A stretch of DNA of 62,946 nucleotides, the filler included, from Asterionella formosa (taxonomy: Eukaryota): assembly GCA_002256025.1 (NCBI GenBank). It is 22 parts of 22 records of this genome, joined end to end, with 100 filler letters (N's around TTAATTAATTAA, not from the genome) between each part and the next. Parts side by side here need not be neighbours in the genome. Positions count along the whole stretch, not along the records: positions 60,195 to 62,946 come from NKIB01014870.1; 21 more parts are not named here. One strand, written 5' to 3'. This document shows, in pieces, positions 60,897-62,946 of this stretch. Within the stretch, counting starts at the first letter, position 1, and every line of letters starts with the position of its first letter. A model generated the notes under the pieces. The model saw only the letters and a program-made list of their open reading frames with translations. It was not told the origin of the DNA and did no database searches. The position numbers were made by a program, and so were the translations under genes.

Positions 60897-62946
60897 GGTT
60901 CCTGCATTTGAACCCCTAGCTCGAGGTAGGGTTTAAAAAAATTAAGTCAGAGTAGTCAAACATAGACTTCTTACAAATAAAACGTAAATGTATATCGCTA
61001 AACGGAGCTTTCACCAATACACACCCTTTCCATATGCTTAAATACAGTCATTTATCAAAGTAGGGGTATAGGTCAACGCTATATATTGTCAGGATATACG
61101 ATCTGGCGAGAAACTGCAGAAAGGAACTTCGGTTTTTTAAACTATGCTGAAAATAGTGGATTTTACTGGGCCAACTCGTTTATTTGGCCTAGTAAAAAGA
61201 CCGAAGTTCCTTTCTGCAGTTTCTCGCCCAAAGTTAACTTCTGGGGCTATATGAAGAAGATTACCTATGTACTTAACTCTTCTTCAAACCCTGCCAACGT
61301 TGAGCTATCGTCGTCCAATAATTCGACAATATCGGCCTTTTCAACAGTCACCAAAATGTCAGAATCAGAATCACTAATCACTGAAACGTCGTCATCGGAA
61401 TAGGAGTCTTGTGATTCGATTTTTCGTCCTACAATCGCCTGTACAAAAAATTCCATTGTAAGTGCATGCTTCACTATAAATATTTTGATTGGTCAAGTTC
61501 AATTACTTACCGACAATTGATTGGCCTGGTTTGCGCGGTCTTGCAAACCCAAGCTGGCCACACTGGATGCACATGTAACATTTTCTTGGGTGTTGGCCGG
61601 TACAATATCCACAGTAGTAGGTAGCTGATCATCATTGATTATACGCACACCAGTGTGATCAGACACTTTGCCTGCCGGTACATTGAATGGACAGAGTGCG
61701 CTGCTTTTCCTTTGATGATCATTGCGGCCACAATGATTGCAGACATTTGTTCCTTTCCTTCTTGTTTCCTGATTTTCCCTTCTGGTGCTGAGCGCAGCAC
61801 CAGAACCGTAAGTCTTACCTGATTTGTTATCTTGCCTTTCCTGTTTGACTGTTTCGAATCGTGCTGCATATATTTTTTCGCTTCATTTCCTCTTTCGTTT
61901 GAATTGTGCTTTATATGCTCCATTCTCACTTCGTCGCTTTTCTTTTTGTCTCCAGAAGGATTCTTGCAGTGCTGACATCTGCATTCCAAATTGCTTGTAT
62001 ACATTCCTTGTGTATTGTGTTGCACCGTGTGTGTGTTGCTCAGCAACCAAAGCCACTCGATATTGAAGGCCTCCAGATCCCGCAAACACCTTGTTTTTTG
62101 GACATCGTCGCAACACTGCATTGTTCATTGCCTCATTAATCTCCGTGTCAAAGGGATGATGCAACGATAGCAGCTTTTCGCCTTCGACTTTCGTTGCAAC
62201 ATGCAGCATTAACCATTCGTATAAATCTTTTCCTTTTCCTTGTCATGATATTTTCTGTCACTAACCATTTTTCCTGCTTTTAAAGGGCACCATGTCTCAG
62301 AGCAGTAATCATGGCAGCCAAATAAATGGTTGATCGGTGCCTTGGAGGAAATACTAAATTCGGCCAGAGAGAGGTTCCGGTTTTTTTTAATCCAAGCGCC
62401 ATAGTAAACTTTCAACCGGAGACAATCTGCTTTTGAGGGACGCTCGAGGGAGACTGGGCCATTGGATTTCATAAAAGCTGGGCGGAGAAGGACCCGTACT
62501 CTGTGGGATGGGTCAGACAGAAATGTAGGTTTGGGTACAGTCAGTGGAAGGCATCCTTTGTGCGATTTTTTTAATCCTTTCAATGTTCTTGGCCATTGGA
62601 AGGATGGCTGTAGTTTCAATAACTCCTTATAGGACCACATAGAAACAGCTCGAATAGTAGAATCATCATCACAGATGATTGTAGAGTAGATAACATTGTT
62701 TTTCATTACTGCATCAATCATCATTTCTACACCAGCATCTGGTTCCATTGCTTTCGAACTACCAGTTACATGATTCTTGGGACAAACATGTTCCTTGATT
62801 GGTTTCTTGTACCACTGTATAGCCCTGTCGCACACATTACAGACCTTAGATTTCACTCTGTAGTCTAGTATCTTTTTCGTGTAGCCGCCAATACAAAAAG
62901 CATGTCCACTTACAGAGTTGTACTTATTCCCGCTGGAACGCTGCTG
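60897..62946 (-). mobile_element. Kolobok element 3' half: transposase C-terminus (exons 61511-62946, 61265-61438) and terminal TIR
   Basis: 62260-62946 is nearly identical to 17241-17924. It continues HPFDTEINEAMNNAVLRRCPKNK, a CNHCGRNDH knuckle, a GTAAGT..ACAG intron (61439-61510) and an acidic tail. TIR GGTTCCTGCATTTGAACCCC at 60897 is preceded by TTCA. Confidence 0.88.
61105..61228. repeat. Inverted repeat (29-bp perfect arms) with an inner hairpin
   Basis: ggcgagaaactgcagaaaggaacttcggt ... accgaagttcctttctgcagtttctcgcc; inner ttttactgggccaa / ttggcctagtaaaa. Confidence 0.9.

Overview
This window is not one locus. It is 22 unrelated short contigs (~2.75-2.78 kb, roughly in descending length order) joined by an artificial 100-nt linker (N44-TTAATTAATTAA-N44), so adjacency across linkers has no biological meaning. 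The DNA is eukaryotic, AT-rich and most likely from a diatom (DUF6824 gene with GT-AG introns, diatom-type PGRL1, CoDi-like Ty1/copia elements). It is dominated by transposon remnants: several Ty1/copia and Gypsy LTR elements and solo LTRs, two Kolobok copies (TTAA-flanked termini, DDE transposase, KolX/P2X7-ballast-like accessory gene), PIF/Harbinger, Plavaka and Tc1/mariner-like transposases, and an unclassified TIR family ending CATCTAAGCCGC. Host genes include an intact RPS3A, a DUF6824 gene, a VOC/glyoxalase protein, a type II membrane protein, a hypothetical protein, a truncated mitochondrial intermediate peptidase and two PGRL1 pseudogene fragments. The most striking unexplained signal is a window-wide vocabulary of tiny insertions at TA sites (TA-CCGG-TA, TA-CCAGG-TA, TA-CCTGG-TA, TA-CCATGG-TA, TA-C/G-TA). 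These are present in one copy and absent in the other of paired paralogous sequences and pile up into GGTACC-rich arrays. They look like recursively accumulated excision footprints of a TA-targeting cut-and-paste transposon. All family assignments come from motif recognition by eye, not from database searches.
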